Shown: piece by piece, positions 11,801 to 23,681 of the stretch
Layout: the number at the start of each line of letters is the position of its first letter
Position numbering within the stretch: position 1 is the stretch's first letter
Assembly: GCA_028534125.1 (NCBI GenBank)
Contig: CM052816.1
Coordinates: 28,026,001-28,090,000 of the forward strand
DNA length: 64,000 bases
Source of the DNA: Lama glama
Lineage: Eukaryota
Direction of reading: 5' to 3'
Translations under genes and position numbers: made by a program
Notes under the pieces: model-generated
The model's input: only the letters and a program-made list of their open reading frames with translations
The model's database searches: none
What the model was told of the DNA's origin: nothing

Positions 11801-14800
11801 ATGGTCAATATATAAAAAGGAGTGAAAATAATAACAGAACTTTTAAGAAAATTTATAAACTATGCCAATTTTAGTAATCATACCATTCTCAATGTATCTT
11901 CAGACCCTTGTGCTCAGAGTGCTGCACTCCTCAGTCCTGTAGGTGACAGTCCAAGAGGTCTAAACTTACGTACCATTCGCACTATTATCAGTCATGACTT
12001 TTTACATACTAAACCAAAATCTATTCTATATTATTTTCCTGTCCACTGAGTGGACATTTCTTCATCTTGGCTTTCTAGAAGGAATTACAAAGGGCATAGA
12101 ATCATTGAAGAACTTGCCGAATGACATTCTAAGTCAGGAGGAGTATCAACAGTGGAATCCAAAGCTCCTGACACCCCCTGCTCTCTAGACCCGACTGCCT
12201 GTTTTTCAGAGAAAGTTTTCTAGTTGGGCTAAATGGAAGTACAATAAGGCTTAAGGGAGGTGCTTCTTATGACTTCTCCTAACTGTTCTAATATGCATCT
12301 GGCATATTTGGCAACTTTTTACAATCTCTTCCCCAGGAGTGTTACTACTTAAGTGTTAAGTCTTGCCAACTAAATATCCTTGGTAGTTCATCCACCCCAG
12401 AGACACTTGGTTGATGAGGCTGCATGTGGCAAAGCCTGTGTTCACTTAAAAAGAACAGAGAACTTCCATGGTTGGGATATATAACTCTTTCTAAGCATAT
12501 AAAACCCCTGCTTCTATGTGTGGAAGCTCATAAAAGACATGTAGAAATTGAGTAAATTGGACCTAATGGTGCTCTGTTGCTCTGTCATGCATAATAATAC
12601 AACATAATTTATCTTGGTTGTTTCTCATAACAGAAGCAATGTATTTAAGAGACACAGGGGGATACAGAAAGAAATGAGATTAATGTTTGCATGCATCTGG
12701 AAGTACTGATAATTAAGAGCTAAACTGAGGAAAATAAAACCTGCAAATATCTTTTCAAGGTGATTACTATCAATTCTTCATAATAAGGTATTAAAATAAA
12801 ACACACTTTTATTGTTTTAAAAATATATTATTGGGGGAAACTATGTGCACTTAGAGGGCTATACCCATAAATTAAAGACAGAAAAATTCCTTTTGAAGAA
12901 TGTCCTTTGGACAAAACTTTCCAAGGGAACTCTTGCGAGCACAGAGATAATCCTGATACATTTATGATCATCAAGGATTTCAGACTCTAACAGGAGACAT
13001 GAGAGTGGAAGATAACAACTATAACCCAAGACAGAGTGTGCTAAGCGTTATTCTCAAAATTTAAACATGAGAGGGATTGAAGAACAGAGGATTCAGATTT
13101 GTTAAGGCCATTTTTATTTAAATTTTATCAGTTTTCTTAAATTTATTTGACACAAATCTGATTTGCAAATAACCAGTCAGTTTTTGAGAGAATAACAAGG
13201 GGACATAATCAAAGCTGGAAGTATTCACTAAGTCCCAGTCACATCACTGGCCAGGATCATAGTTATTATGCTCTTTGATTCTGGCAACAATTCTTTAAAG
13301 AAGTTATTACTAGCTGCATTTTATAGATAAGGAAACAGATTTATAGTAATCAAGTAATTGTTTCATAGTCTCTAAGTGATGAAATTAAAAAACAAACCAG
13401 GATTCTTGGATCTGAAATCTTTTTCACTGTCTTGCCTTCTTATCATCCATTTTTATTTAGGAAAAATAGAGCAATTTTACATTTTTCTTCCAAAGACTGA
13501 CAGTTTCTGCTAAAGGAGCCTGCATTTAGAGTGAAGAGGCTGTCATAGGTAATAATAAGGAAATGCAAAACTGTACTGTATTCATAAAAATATTTATGAA
13601 AACAATAAGCCCAAAAGAAGCAACAAAAATTGGCATATATGTAGAAAACAGATTGTCAATCTTCTCTTAATTTTTAATACGGAATTAAGTATACATATAT
13701 TTTAATATGTGTAGATATATAAATTATATAATTTTCTTTCCTTAATGGAGACAAGAATTTTAGCTCATGTGGTTCACTAGAGTAGCCAAATTCCTAGACT
13801 GACACAATATAGACACTTTATTGAAATAAATAGCAGAACAGCAATTTGCAAATGCAGGTGAGCTGTGCATGGACGGTCTTTCTTATAAGTTGTATAATAT
13901 ATCAATGTTCCAATGATTTATGAAAACTGTATGCAGTATTTGTGTAAAGTAAAACTGAAACTTACATGTCTATTTAAAAAGAGCATACTCGAGGGACCAC
14001 AATTTCACACACTTAAATTAATGGAATTTAAGACAGAAAGAATGACCAAGCAAAAGAAATCTATACCTCCAAAAGTCAAGTATTACAAACATCAGATGAA
14101 GCCTAAACCGGAAATCAGACATGTCTGAGTATAATCAAGAAAAGGTATAGGTTGCTTAGTCAGAAACCTAGGTGCTTGAGTACCTCATGAGACTCTTGGA
14201 ATGAACTCATTCTAAAAGTAGAGAGAGCAGACATGACAAGCATAACACGATCATAAAGCCTCAAGGACAGACAGAATGCTGAGGTGTGCAGTGAAAATAA
14301 CACACATTCCATCACGGACTTCTACACGGGTCCTAATGGGAAGAACCACTAATAAATATGGGAAAAGTGTAACTCACAACTCTGAAACACAGAGGAGTAC
14401 ATGCAGCACAAGGTTTATAGTCTGCTAAAAATGATTTCATGTAGCAAGAAGAAAATATTTCTAACAAATTGGGATTTGTGATTCATCACCTTGACAATAT
14501 CAGAGCGTTATTTTCAGGAGTCCTGGTTAAGACCACCCTGCCTGGGTGTAAGAGTAGTGACACCCAGCAGATGTTGAGCAGCCTTGAGTGTGCAGTGAAA
14601 TCCAGCTCAGGTGAAAGTCAAATCAATGGCAAAAGTCGTTTAAAAAAAGTCACCAGATAGCTGACCAGACTCGTACATGAGCACATCTGAGATAATGCTG
14701 AGCAGTCCCAAAAGGATGTAGGATGGTGAGTACCAAGAGATGTAAAGAGTCATGAAATGTGGCCTCGTTTGTTAACCAGTGTTTAAGTAGGCAGGGGGAA

Positions 14801-15139
14801 TTGAGAAACTAGAGTAATATAGGAACAAAAAATAATTTTATATATTTCCTAATGTGAACACATTATTACACAACTCTAAATAAAAGTGTTAAGTATTAGT
14901 GTGTAAACAATTTTTCTATTAGTAGAAGAAATTTTAGGATTATGATGGTTCTTACAACTTTTATTTTTTTCAGAGAGCAAGTTCAAAGGAGATGCATAAA
15001 AGTGTGCCCTGTCTTGTTCTGCTTCTCAATGAACAACCAAATTGAAACAAGAGAGATGGTAAAAATACTGGTTCAGTCCAATTCCTGAGACAGTATGTTC
15101 TACTGGTCTGGCAATGCATGCGTTTCAAACTTACTACTA

Positions 15140-15739
15140 TGAAGATGCCCAGAAAATTTCACCCCCAACATCTCTGGTTGTATTTTGTGCACCAGACAGT
15201 CTTAATCCTCCCCTTAGCTTGACTAAACAGTAGATAGTCTTATTCCTGACTACAGACCCTGACCTCCCTTTTCTTAGAATATTTACTTCAGAAAACATCT
15301 AATTGTAAATCCTTTCCCTGTCCCTTTAGATGTAAACCTTTTTAAAGGTTTCTTTCAAGTTTAACAACCCAAGCATGGCTTTCTCAAGGGCCTGGGAGCC
15401 ATTCCTCTAAAATGTAGTCATCAAAGAACATAGAACTCCTACCTTCCAGTTTCTGTGGAAGACTAAATTTGGCAGAATGACTCACTCCGAGTTATAAAAC
15501 TACCTCTTGTCATGCAAGTAAGAGAAGGTTTACTTTTCCCCCGAGCAAACTCAATTATCAAAAAGAGATGTCCTATGATCTCCCTTCCTAGCTTTTAAAA
15601 CTCTCTAGTCTTCTGTTTCAAGTAGAGTTGAGCTAAGACTGAGTTCTGGCCACTCCAGTATATTGCAATAACCTTGAATAAAGTCTTCCGTATTTCTTTA
15701 GCTTTGTCTAATTTATCTCTAGCAGTTTCTGTTTTGACA
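15140..15739 (+). mobile_element. Probable ERV1-class solo LTR (MER34/MER39-like)
   Basis: About 600 bp running TG...CA, with cttagcttgactaaac and aattgtaaatcctttccctgtcccttt motifs and AATAAA at 15677-15682 (tattgcaataaccttgaataaagtcttcc); no clear TSD. Confidence 0.55.
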
Positions 15740-17054
15740 TCTGCCAAAATATCAACTCTACATCCTTTCCATCATTTAAACCAGCGTTCTCAGTAATTTG
15801 AAAGAATGAGGGCCAAATTCCACTTATGGAATTCTGAAAACTTTGGTTCTATTTGTCCAAACTCCTAGCCTTCAGCCACTTACAGCACTTGCTTCTTTTC
15901 TAAATCCTAGTAGGTAAGCACAGAAAGGAGAATAGATACTGCACACTTTACAGATGATTACCATTTCTTAGAAAAGGATGTTACGTAGGGAAGTGTAAGA
16001 AAATGGATAAAAGATGTTTTAAAAATCATCTGTACATTTGCTTGTGCATGCTATCTTTCCCTTCCAGCTGCCACGCTGAATTAAGAACTGCCTAGTTTTG
16101 TAAGCACTCAAGGGAAGCACATTAAAAATGAATACAAACAGCCAAAGATAGACTAAATGATGACTTAACCCAAATTTTTAAAACATTTTTTCCCAAGGAG
16201 TCTGAAAATAATTGAGAAATTTAAGGACTTTAAGTCAGTATATCTAAAATCCGTTTCATTAAACACTAGCCCCCCAAAATGCTATATGAAAATACACTTC
16301 ACTTGTCAAATGATTGTGGAAAAACAATCCATAATGTATCACCGCCGTGAAGATTCAAACTGCACATCAGTTCATAAAATCTGAGCATTTTGCAGCCAAC
16401 CATGAGAATGTATTTAAACCAATAATTCCCAATTTGATTTTCTAAAGAATTTTTCTAATTAGTTCATGATTCTCTTATCTGAGCTCATTTAATACAGAAA
16501 GCTAAAAGTATGTATTACGTACGAAGTAAACCTATATTCAGTTTTTAGGCTTCATTGTGGTTTTAAATTATATCTCCTTCATTACAGCGTTCAGGCCAGG
16601 CACACAGATATGCTGAGCATACTTTCCACACTAAAATCTAAATTTCGTGCTGCAGAGCTACAATATACCTGAGTATATCAAGATGCCTGTAGGACTCATT
16701 AAAATTTCACTGATCTTTATTATCACCTCACCTGCATTGTTTAACAGTAGTATCCAGCTCTTTTTTAGTTTTAAAGACTTATCAGCTCTCCCTTTCTCCT
16801 AAAGCAAAATCCAATTACTATACTCAAAATCTTTCTATTCCCCCAACCACTTATCCACCTGAACATTTTACAGTCCCCCAATCCATTCAGGCTTCTCAAA
16901 AATCATCTCCAACTGGTTTTTATTTATTTTCTTCCTTTACTGTTGCAAACATTGCTTCCTCTGCCTAAAATCTCCTTCCAGTTTCCCCTCTTATTCATTC
17001 CCATTTGTTCTTTAAGGCCCAGTGCATTCATCATGATAGTGTTTATGATGAAAC

Positions 17055-17680
17055 TTGTGCTAACCATCCACCCCAACCTCCTTCTGATGGATAAGCCTCC
17101 TCTGCAGAGACTGGAGAAGTAAAAATTACATTTCTAGACTCTTCCGCAGCCTGGGTTGGCTAGAAGGGATCTATCAGTCAAATGTGCTCTTAGTTTAGAA
17201 GTCAGAAGGGAAACATGGAATTTACCTCTGCTGCTGTTTTCACTGTCAAGTAAGATCTGGGTGGAGTTAATTTTCCTGGGAAGATACTAGCAGCAGTTAC
17301 CATGTATAGTCAATGGCTTCATGGATGTCACAGGTACGGAGCATGTCATCTGCCGGGGAGGATGATGGCAGGAATGGAACTGTTACAGTGCTGGCTGCAT
17401 CCTGTCTGCTGCTCAACTACACATTGGCGACTTGATTCCAGCTCCAAATATTGCTGAAACTCCCCAACTGGTCAGACAGACTCCTGATCATAGAAGAAGA
17501 TGCAGTCCCTCAGGGGCTGAGGTCTGGAGTATGGTTTGGAGCCATTCCTAAAAGCCCAACTGAACTTGTTTCCACAGTTCTGAAGATTTAGCATGTCACC
17601 TAAGTACACAGTAACCAAATCTCTTACTGTTTAAACTAGGCAATGTGGATTCTGTTCTCGGCAACTGAGTCCTGACCTTT
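17055..17680 (+). mobile_element. ERVL-class solo LTR (LTR33/LTR41-like)
   Basis: GC-richer block with aaattacatttctagactctt and the characteristic end ctgtttaaactaggcaatgtggattctgttctcggcaactgagtcctgac. Confidence 0.55.
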
Positions 17681-18855
17681 AAAAATGTCATATCCTCTGT
17701 GAATCCTCTTTAATTTCCTGAGCATTTAGCTGTGTTCTCACAGAACCTCATGTACATTAATAGTACTTATCAAACTGTATTTTTATGCCTATTCCCTACA
17801 GTGAAATCTTACTGCCTTGTATGACTGCCTCCTCTTTCTTCTGTTCTCTCCAAAAGGCACAGTTGTGTCCTGTCTTTTCTCTAAGAGGCTACCATCTTTT
17901 TAAATTCAGCTGGTTATCTTGTGACTCAGTTTCTTAATGGGCTTTATCAGATTATGTATGTAAATTATCTGTATTTTTCTTGTTATTAGGGTGGGAGAAA
18001 CTTCCCTTGTCAATATTCTACTGTTGCTTTTATGATTAGAAAGTTATTTTCCCACAATGATTAGGTAATTCTAACATGCTCTTTATATTTATTTACAAAA
18101 AATGTATAATTGTGTGTATAATTTACCTGGAATTTAATGTATGACAGAAAAACAAATTTTTATTAAATAAAGCTTCCGCACTGATTTGAGACGCCAAATT
18201 TATCATGCACCACCAATGACATTTACTCTGCACATTCTTTTCTGCTCCAGTGGTGCCTACTCTTCAGATAGTACCACTTTATTGTTCTCACTGTAATCTG
18301 ATAATGTGTTTAATGTCTGAGAGTACCTGTCTGCCTATCTTACTCTTCTTTCAGAAAAAAACAGTTCCATGTACTTGCATTTCTTTTTCTTTTTTCAGGT
18401 GGAGTTTTGAATTCATTCAATTTTTGTCAACAATCTCATTGGATTTATGACAAGTTTATAGATTAAACTGAGGAAGTATTTTTCTTTGAAAATTAAGTAT
18501 TTCAATCCAAGAACAAAGGCCTTACTCTGAGTTTATTCACGTTTTCTTCAGTTAAACTTTTCATTTATATACTATAACATTTCTTCTGATATTTATTGCT
18601 TTGCAGTTGATATTCTGAAAGATTTTAAAAAGCATTTAGTTTTAGTGATAAATATGGGTTTTTTAGTGTTGATTTTTCAGCTGCCACGTTAATGAATACG
18701 TGTATGCTAACATTTAATAATTTATTTTTAAAATCAGAAATATGTGATTTTTATTAAAAGACTTTATAAAATCTTTTAGGATATTATCCCCTTTGACTAA
18801 CTCATTGTATTATTTTCATTTCAACTAACATTTTCTCTTTGCAGCTACTGGGTTC

Positions 18856-18987
18856 TTTTTTTTTTTTCTGGGGGGTTAATTACATTTATTTATTATTTAT
18901 TTTAATGGAGATCCTGGGTATTAAACCCAGGACCTCGTGCATGCTAAGCATGCATTCTACCACTGAGCACTGAGCTATACTCTCCCC
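18856..18987 (-). mobile_element. Vic-1-like tRNA-Ala SINE, full length with tail
   Basis: tRNA head at 18907-18987; tail reads AAATAAATAATAAATAAATGTAATTAACCCCCCAG(A)n on the minus strand; diverged TSD gctactgggttctt / gcaactggttctt. Confidence 0.9.
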
Positions 18988-19154
18988 AAGCAACTGGTTC
19001 TTGAGTTGTTTATTTTATTGACTTCTCTATGAAGATCTTTTCATTTTTTCCCCAATTATTTTTGTTTTCTAATAAATTAGACCTTTGCTTCCATTATTCT
19101 ATTTCTTTAAACTAGGTTTTTTCATATTTTCTACTATCATTATAATGTTTTGAT

Positions 19155-19305
19155 TAACGTCTCTTAACTTTTGCTGCACATTATGATCACCCTTGGCATT
19201 TATTAAACAAAAATGTACAGATGTTAAGATCTATTGCCAGAGTTACTAATTTAACTAGCATCATATGGGATACTTTGTGATTTTAATACTCAGCCAGAGA
19301 TGAGA
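19155..19305. mobile_element. MER5-like hAT DNA transposon relic
   Basis: aacttttgctgcacattatgatcaccc...gtgattttaatactcagccagagatgaga resembles MER5 termini. Confidence 0.45.
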
Positions 19306-19417
19306 TAATTTGGATTCAATATTTCATATTAATAAATTCTTAGCTATAAATTTAATCAATTAACATGTTATTACATAAGTTTTGTTAGACATTATTTTTC
19401 TATTACCAATTTTCACA

Positions 19418-19494
19418 TTCTATAATTTTAGTTTCTACCTGTTCATTTTCTTTAATTTCTATAATTTTAGTTTCTACCTGTTCATTTTCTTTAA
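19418..19494. repeat. Perfect tandem duplication, period 39 bp
   Basis: ttctataattttagtttctacctgttcattttctttaa occurs at 19418-19455 and 19457-19494. Confidence 0.95.
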
Positions 19495-21174
19495 ATAATG
19501 CAAGTACAAAGGAAAATAAAACTTATTTTTGCTATTCTTTAAGACTAAAGTGTTATTATTATATTATGATAAAACAGTTTATATTTTTTGTTATTTAGAA
19601 ATTAAAGAAGTTATAATCATAGTGAATACAATTACTTCATTTATAAAAACTGAATTCTGAAAAGAAGAAAGATTATCTCAAAAAAAAATTATCTTCTTTT
19701 TGGTTATAAAATGTAACATTCAACTATTAACTATCCTTAATAATAATGATGATAATAAAATAAAATACAAGCATATATGTCTATATAAATAAAAATTTTT
19801 GTTACACGTCATGTTAGAAAAAGGGAAACGGTTAAAGTTTCACAGAAAGCCTGTGTTTTTAATGACCTCTTGAATTTATAATCATTTATCCTTAGCTATT
19901 TTGTGTAATGTGGTATTTTGATGTATAAGTGTGAATTTTACAGTGTTTTTAATGCAATGATTTTTTTATTTGTAGTTAAAGGTCCTATTTGGTTTAATGT
20001 AATGATTTTTTTATTTGGAGTTAAAATTAGAGTATCTCTTGCTTTTATATTTTTATACCTTTTCATATTTTTACTTTTAATCTGCATCATCACATTTTTA
20101 TATATCTCATAAGCAATCAACTAATTAACCTTCTGTTTAATCAAGATTTGAGAAGTTTTAACTCCAAATTCTAATTTTAATATGTAATTATTGTCTATGC
20201 ACTAAATATTATCTTTCTTTGATTATCTTTTAGACTTTCTGGGTATTTTTTTTTTACTTTTTTTTTTGTTGTTCTTTTCTTTAAGGTGAAACACATTTTT
20301 CCTGTTATCCGCTTTGGAAAAACTAACAGTGATTTATCAAAATTCTTGAGTCTATATAGCTTTAGTTTGACTGTGAAGAAAAAATTAGCTTTCCTCTTCT
20401 AGCCCACCACGTAAGATAGGGAAATCAGAATGTTTTTCCATGCCTCCTATCCACTTCCACTTTCCAGTTTTTATTCATAAAATACAGGTTTTTAATTTCA
20501 GGCTCTATCACCACTGACTGTTAAACTTTTATTAATATATGATTTTTCACTGTTAATTATTTATGGCATGGTTATTCTGCTTATTCAAAACATCTGTAAC
20601 AATTTTCATACTGAACAATGGATATCACAAAACCAAAATTCAGAGTATCAATATTAGTTCAAAGCAGTGCTCAAATAAATCAAGCTTTCACATCATGCAA
20701 TGATTATTTCTGAAATTAATATCGAGACTGTGCCATCATTATATTTAGAGAGTACTGTATTAGAAGTCCCAAAGCAATTTTATGTCTAATTTCATTATTT
20801 TCTTTTTATAACCACCAGCACAAGAAGCAAAAAAAAAAAAAATTACTTTAAAATACTTGCACACAAGCAAAGTCAAGTAAACAATAACTGCAAGTTTCTA
20901 GTTCTGGTTCAATGATTTCTTCATTTCCCTAGCTCACAAAATAACTATTTTCTGTCTCCAGTATTTTCACAGAAGAAAAGTAACCATTTTGGAATCTAGA
21001 TCTGAGGAGTAGTACAGAATTTATTTTAAATGAATTAAATCAACAACTGTTAAATGATTTAAAAATCATCTTCCATGAATCAAGAACAATTCACAGTATT
21101 CTGAGTTGGACTAACTATATTTTACTTTAAAGAGACAAGAATGCATTTCATATTTTTAAAGAGGTTTTGATATA

Positions 21175-21372
21175 AAACTGTGGTAGACTGGGATTTCAAC
21201 TCCTTTCTTATTATCTATGTAATTCCAAAAAATTTAATCTCTGGTGCTTTTGTGTTCCCTTCAAAGGGTTACCTATAGTGGCTACCTCACGGAGTTGCTG
21301 TGAATAATTAAATAATTAATGAACAAAAATCAATTAGCATAGTGCTTGGTGTGGACTATCATCCAATAAATG
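21175..21372 (+). mobile_element. MIR SINE
   Basis: ctacctcacggagttgctgtgaataattaaataatt...ttagcatagtgcttgg...caataaatg is the MIR 3' half. Confidence 0.65.
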
Positions 21373-21420
21373 CAAATAAAAGACTGGACATCTATAATGA
21401 CTGATTTATACTTTTAAATA

Positions 21421-21640
21421 CAGGTGACCCTTGAATAGCGTAGGCTTGAACTGAGCAGGTCCACTGACACTTGGAGTTTTTTCAATAAATACAGCACTAC
21501 AGTACTACACAATCCATGGCTGGTTGAATCCTTGGATGCAAAGCTGAGAATATGGAGGGCCAACTGTAAAGTTACATATGGATTTTCGACTTGGGAGAGG
21601 AATGGTGCCCCTAAGCCCTATGTTGTTCAAGAGTCAACTG
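21421..21640. mobile_element. Tigger-derived MITE (MER8-like, TcMar)
   Basis: Terminal inverted repeats caggtgacccttgaatagcgtaggctt / aagccctatgttgttcaagagtcaactg, flanked by TA duplications at 21419-21420 and 21641-21642. Confidence 0.9.
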
Positions 21641-21914
21641 TACTGAAAAATACTTGTATGGATACATTTGCAATATATAATATGAAGAGTTGCTACTCTA
21701 AATGTATAGAGACCAGTACAGTATGTATAATATGTATCAGAATGGTCACCTGACCAGTATGAAGTCCAACATGCCCTACTATTAATGCCCACTTGCTAAA
21801 TGTCAGTGATTTCAGAATTACTTTCTGAGAAGAAGCTTCATGCATACTGCAATTTGCAGTTGTTCCCATATGTTACATTTGTTTTGCATCCTTATGAATT
21901 AAGAAGTATCTGTA

Positions 21915-23377
21915 CATTGATGAAGGAAATTAAAGAAGACTTTAAAAAATGGAAAGATATTCCATGCTCTTGGATTGGAAGAATCAATATGGTTAAAATG
22001 GTCACACTGCCCAAGGCAATCTACAGATTTAATGCAATCCCTATCAAATTACCCAGGACATATTTCACAGAACTGGAACAAATCATAATAAAATTTATAT
22101 GGAACCATCAAACACCTAGAATTGCCAAAGCATTACTGAAGAAAAAGAAAGAAGCTGGAGGAATAACTCTCCCAGACTTCAGAAAATACTATAGAGCTAC
22201 AGTCATCAAGACAGCATGGTATTGGTACAAAAACAGACATATAGACCAATGAAACAGAATAGAGAACCCAGAAATGAACCCACAAACTTTCGGTCAACTC
22301 ATCTTCGACAAAGGAGGCAAGAATATACAATGGAATAAAGACAGTCTCTTCAGCAAATGGTGTTGGGAAAACTGGACAGCAGCATATAAAACAATGAAGC
22401 TACAACACTCCCTTACACTAAACACAAAAATCAACTCAAAATGGATTAAAGACTTAAACATCAGACAAGATAAAATAAACCTCCTAGAAGAAAATATAGG
22501 CAAAACATTATCTGACATACATCCCAAAAATGTTCTGCTAGAACAGTTTAGTCAAGCAATAGAAATAAAAGCAAGAATAAACAAATGGGACCTAATTAAA
22601 CTTACAAGCTTCTGCACAGCAAAGGAAACCAGAAGTAAAACAAAAAGACAACCTACGGAATGGGAGAAAATTTTTGCACAAGATGAAACCAACAAAGGCT
22701 TGATCTCCAGAATATATAAGCAGCTCATTTGACTTAGTAAGAAAAAAACAAACAACCCAATCCAAAAATGGGCAGAAGACATAAACAAAAAATTCTCCAA
22801 GGAAGACATACAAATGATCAATATGCACATGAAAAAATGCTCAATATCACTAATTATCAGAGAAATGCAAATCAAAACTACAGTGAGATATCACCTCACA
22901 CCAGTCAGAATGGCCATCATTCAAAAATCCATAAATGACAAATGCTGGAGAGGCTGTGGAGAAAGGGGAACTCTTCTATACTGTTGGTGGGAATGCAGTT
23001 TGGTACAGTCACTGTGGAAAACAGTATGGAGATTCCTCAAAAGACTAGGAGTAGACTTACCATAGGACCCAGGAATCCCGCTCCTGGGCATATATCCAGA
23101 AGTTACCCTACTTCAAAATGACACCTGCGACCCAATGTTCATAGCAGCATTATCTACAATAGCCAAGACATGGAAACAGCCTAAATGTCCATCAACAGTT
23201 GACCGGAAAAAGAAGAAGTGGTATAGTTACACAATGGAATACTATTCAGCCATAAAACCCAACAACATAACGCCATTTGCAGCAACATGGATGCTCCTAG
23301 AGAATGTCATTCTAAGTGACGTAAGCCAGAAAGAGAAAGAAAAATACCATATGAGATTGCTCATATGTAGAATCTAA
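21915..23377 (+). pseudogene. L1 ORF2p C-terminal remnant with 3 premature stops and no frameshift
   Basis: ORFs at 21800, 22274, 22814 and 23135 share a frame (offsets divisible by 3); stops at 22250-22252, 22730-22732 and 23063-23065. Confidence 0.9.
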
Positions 23378-23681
23378 AAAAAAAAAAAATGAACATAAAT
23401 ACAAAACAGAAACAGACTCAGACATAGGATACAAACTTGTGGTTGCCAAGGGGGCGGGAGGGTGGGAAGGGATAGAGTGGGATTTCAAAATGTAGAACAG
23501 ATAAATAAGATTATACTATATAGCACAGGGAAATGTATACAAGATCTTATGGTAGCTCACAGAGAAAAAAATGTGACAATGAATATATGTATGTTCATGT
23601 GTAACTGAAAAATTGTGCTCTACACTGGAATTTGACACAACACTGTAAAATGATTATAAATCAATAAAAAATGTTTAAAAA
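21915..23681 (+). mobile_element. Young 5'-truncated LINE-1 (ORF2 C-terminus, 3'UTR, A-tail)
   Basis: ORF2 peptides [48 protein letters not shown] and MFIAAL all lie in one frame; TSD aagtatctgta at 21904-21914 and 23682-23692. Confidence 0.97.

Noticed and set aside
21800..23377. Novel retroelement-related or host protein gene
   Set aside because: Ordinary 5'-truncated L1 ORF2 with premature stops; the N-terminal 38 aa of the 21800 ORF is flanking DNA.
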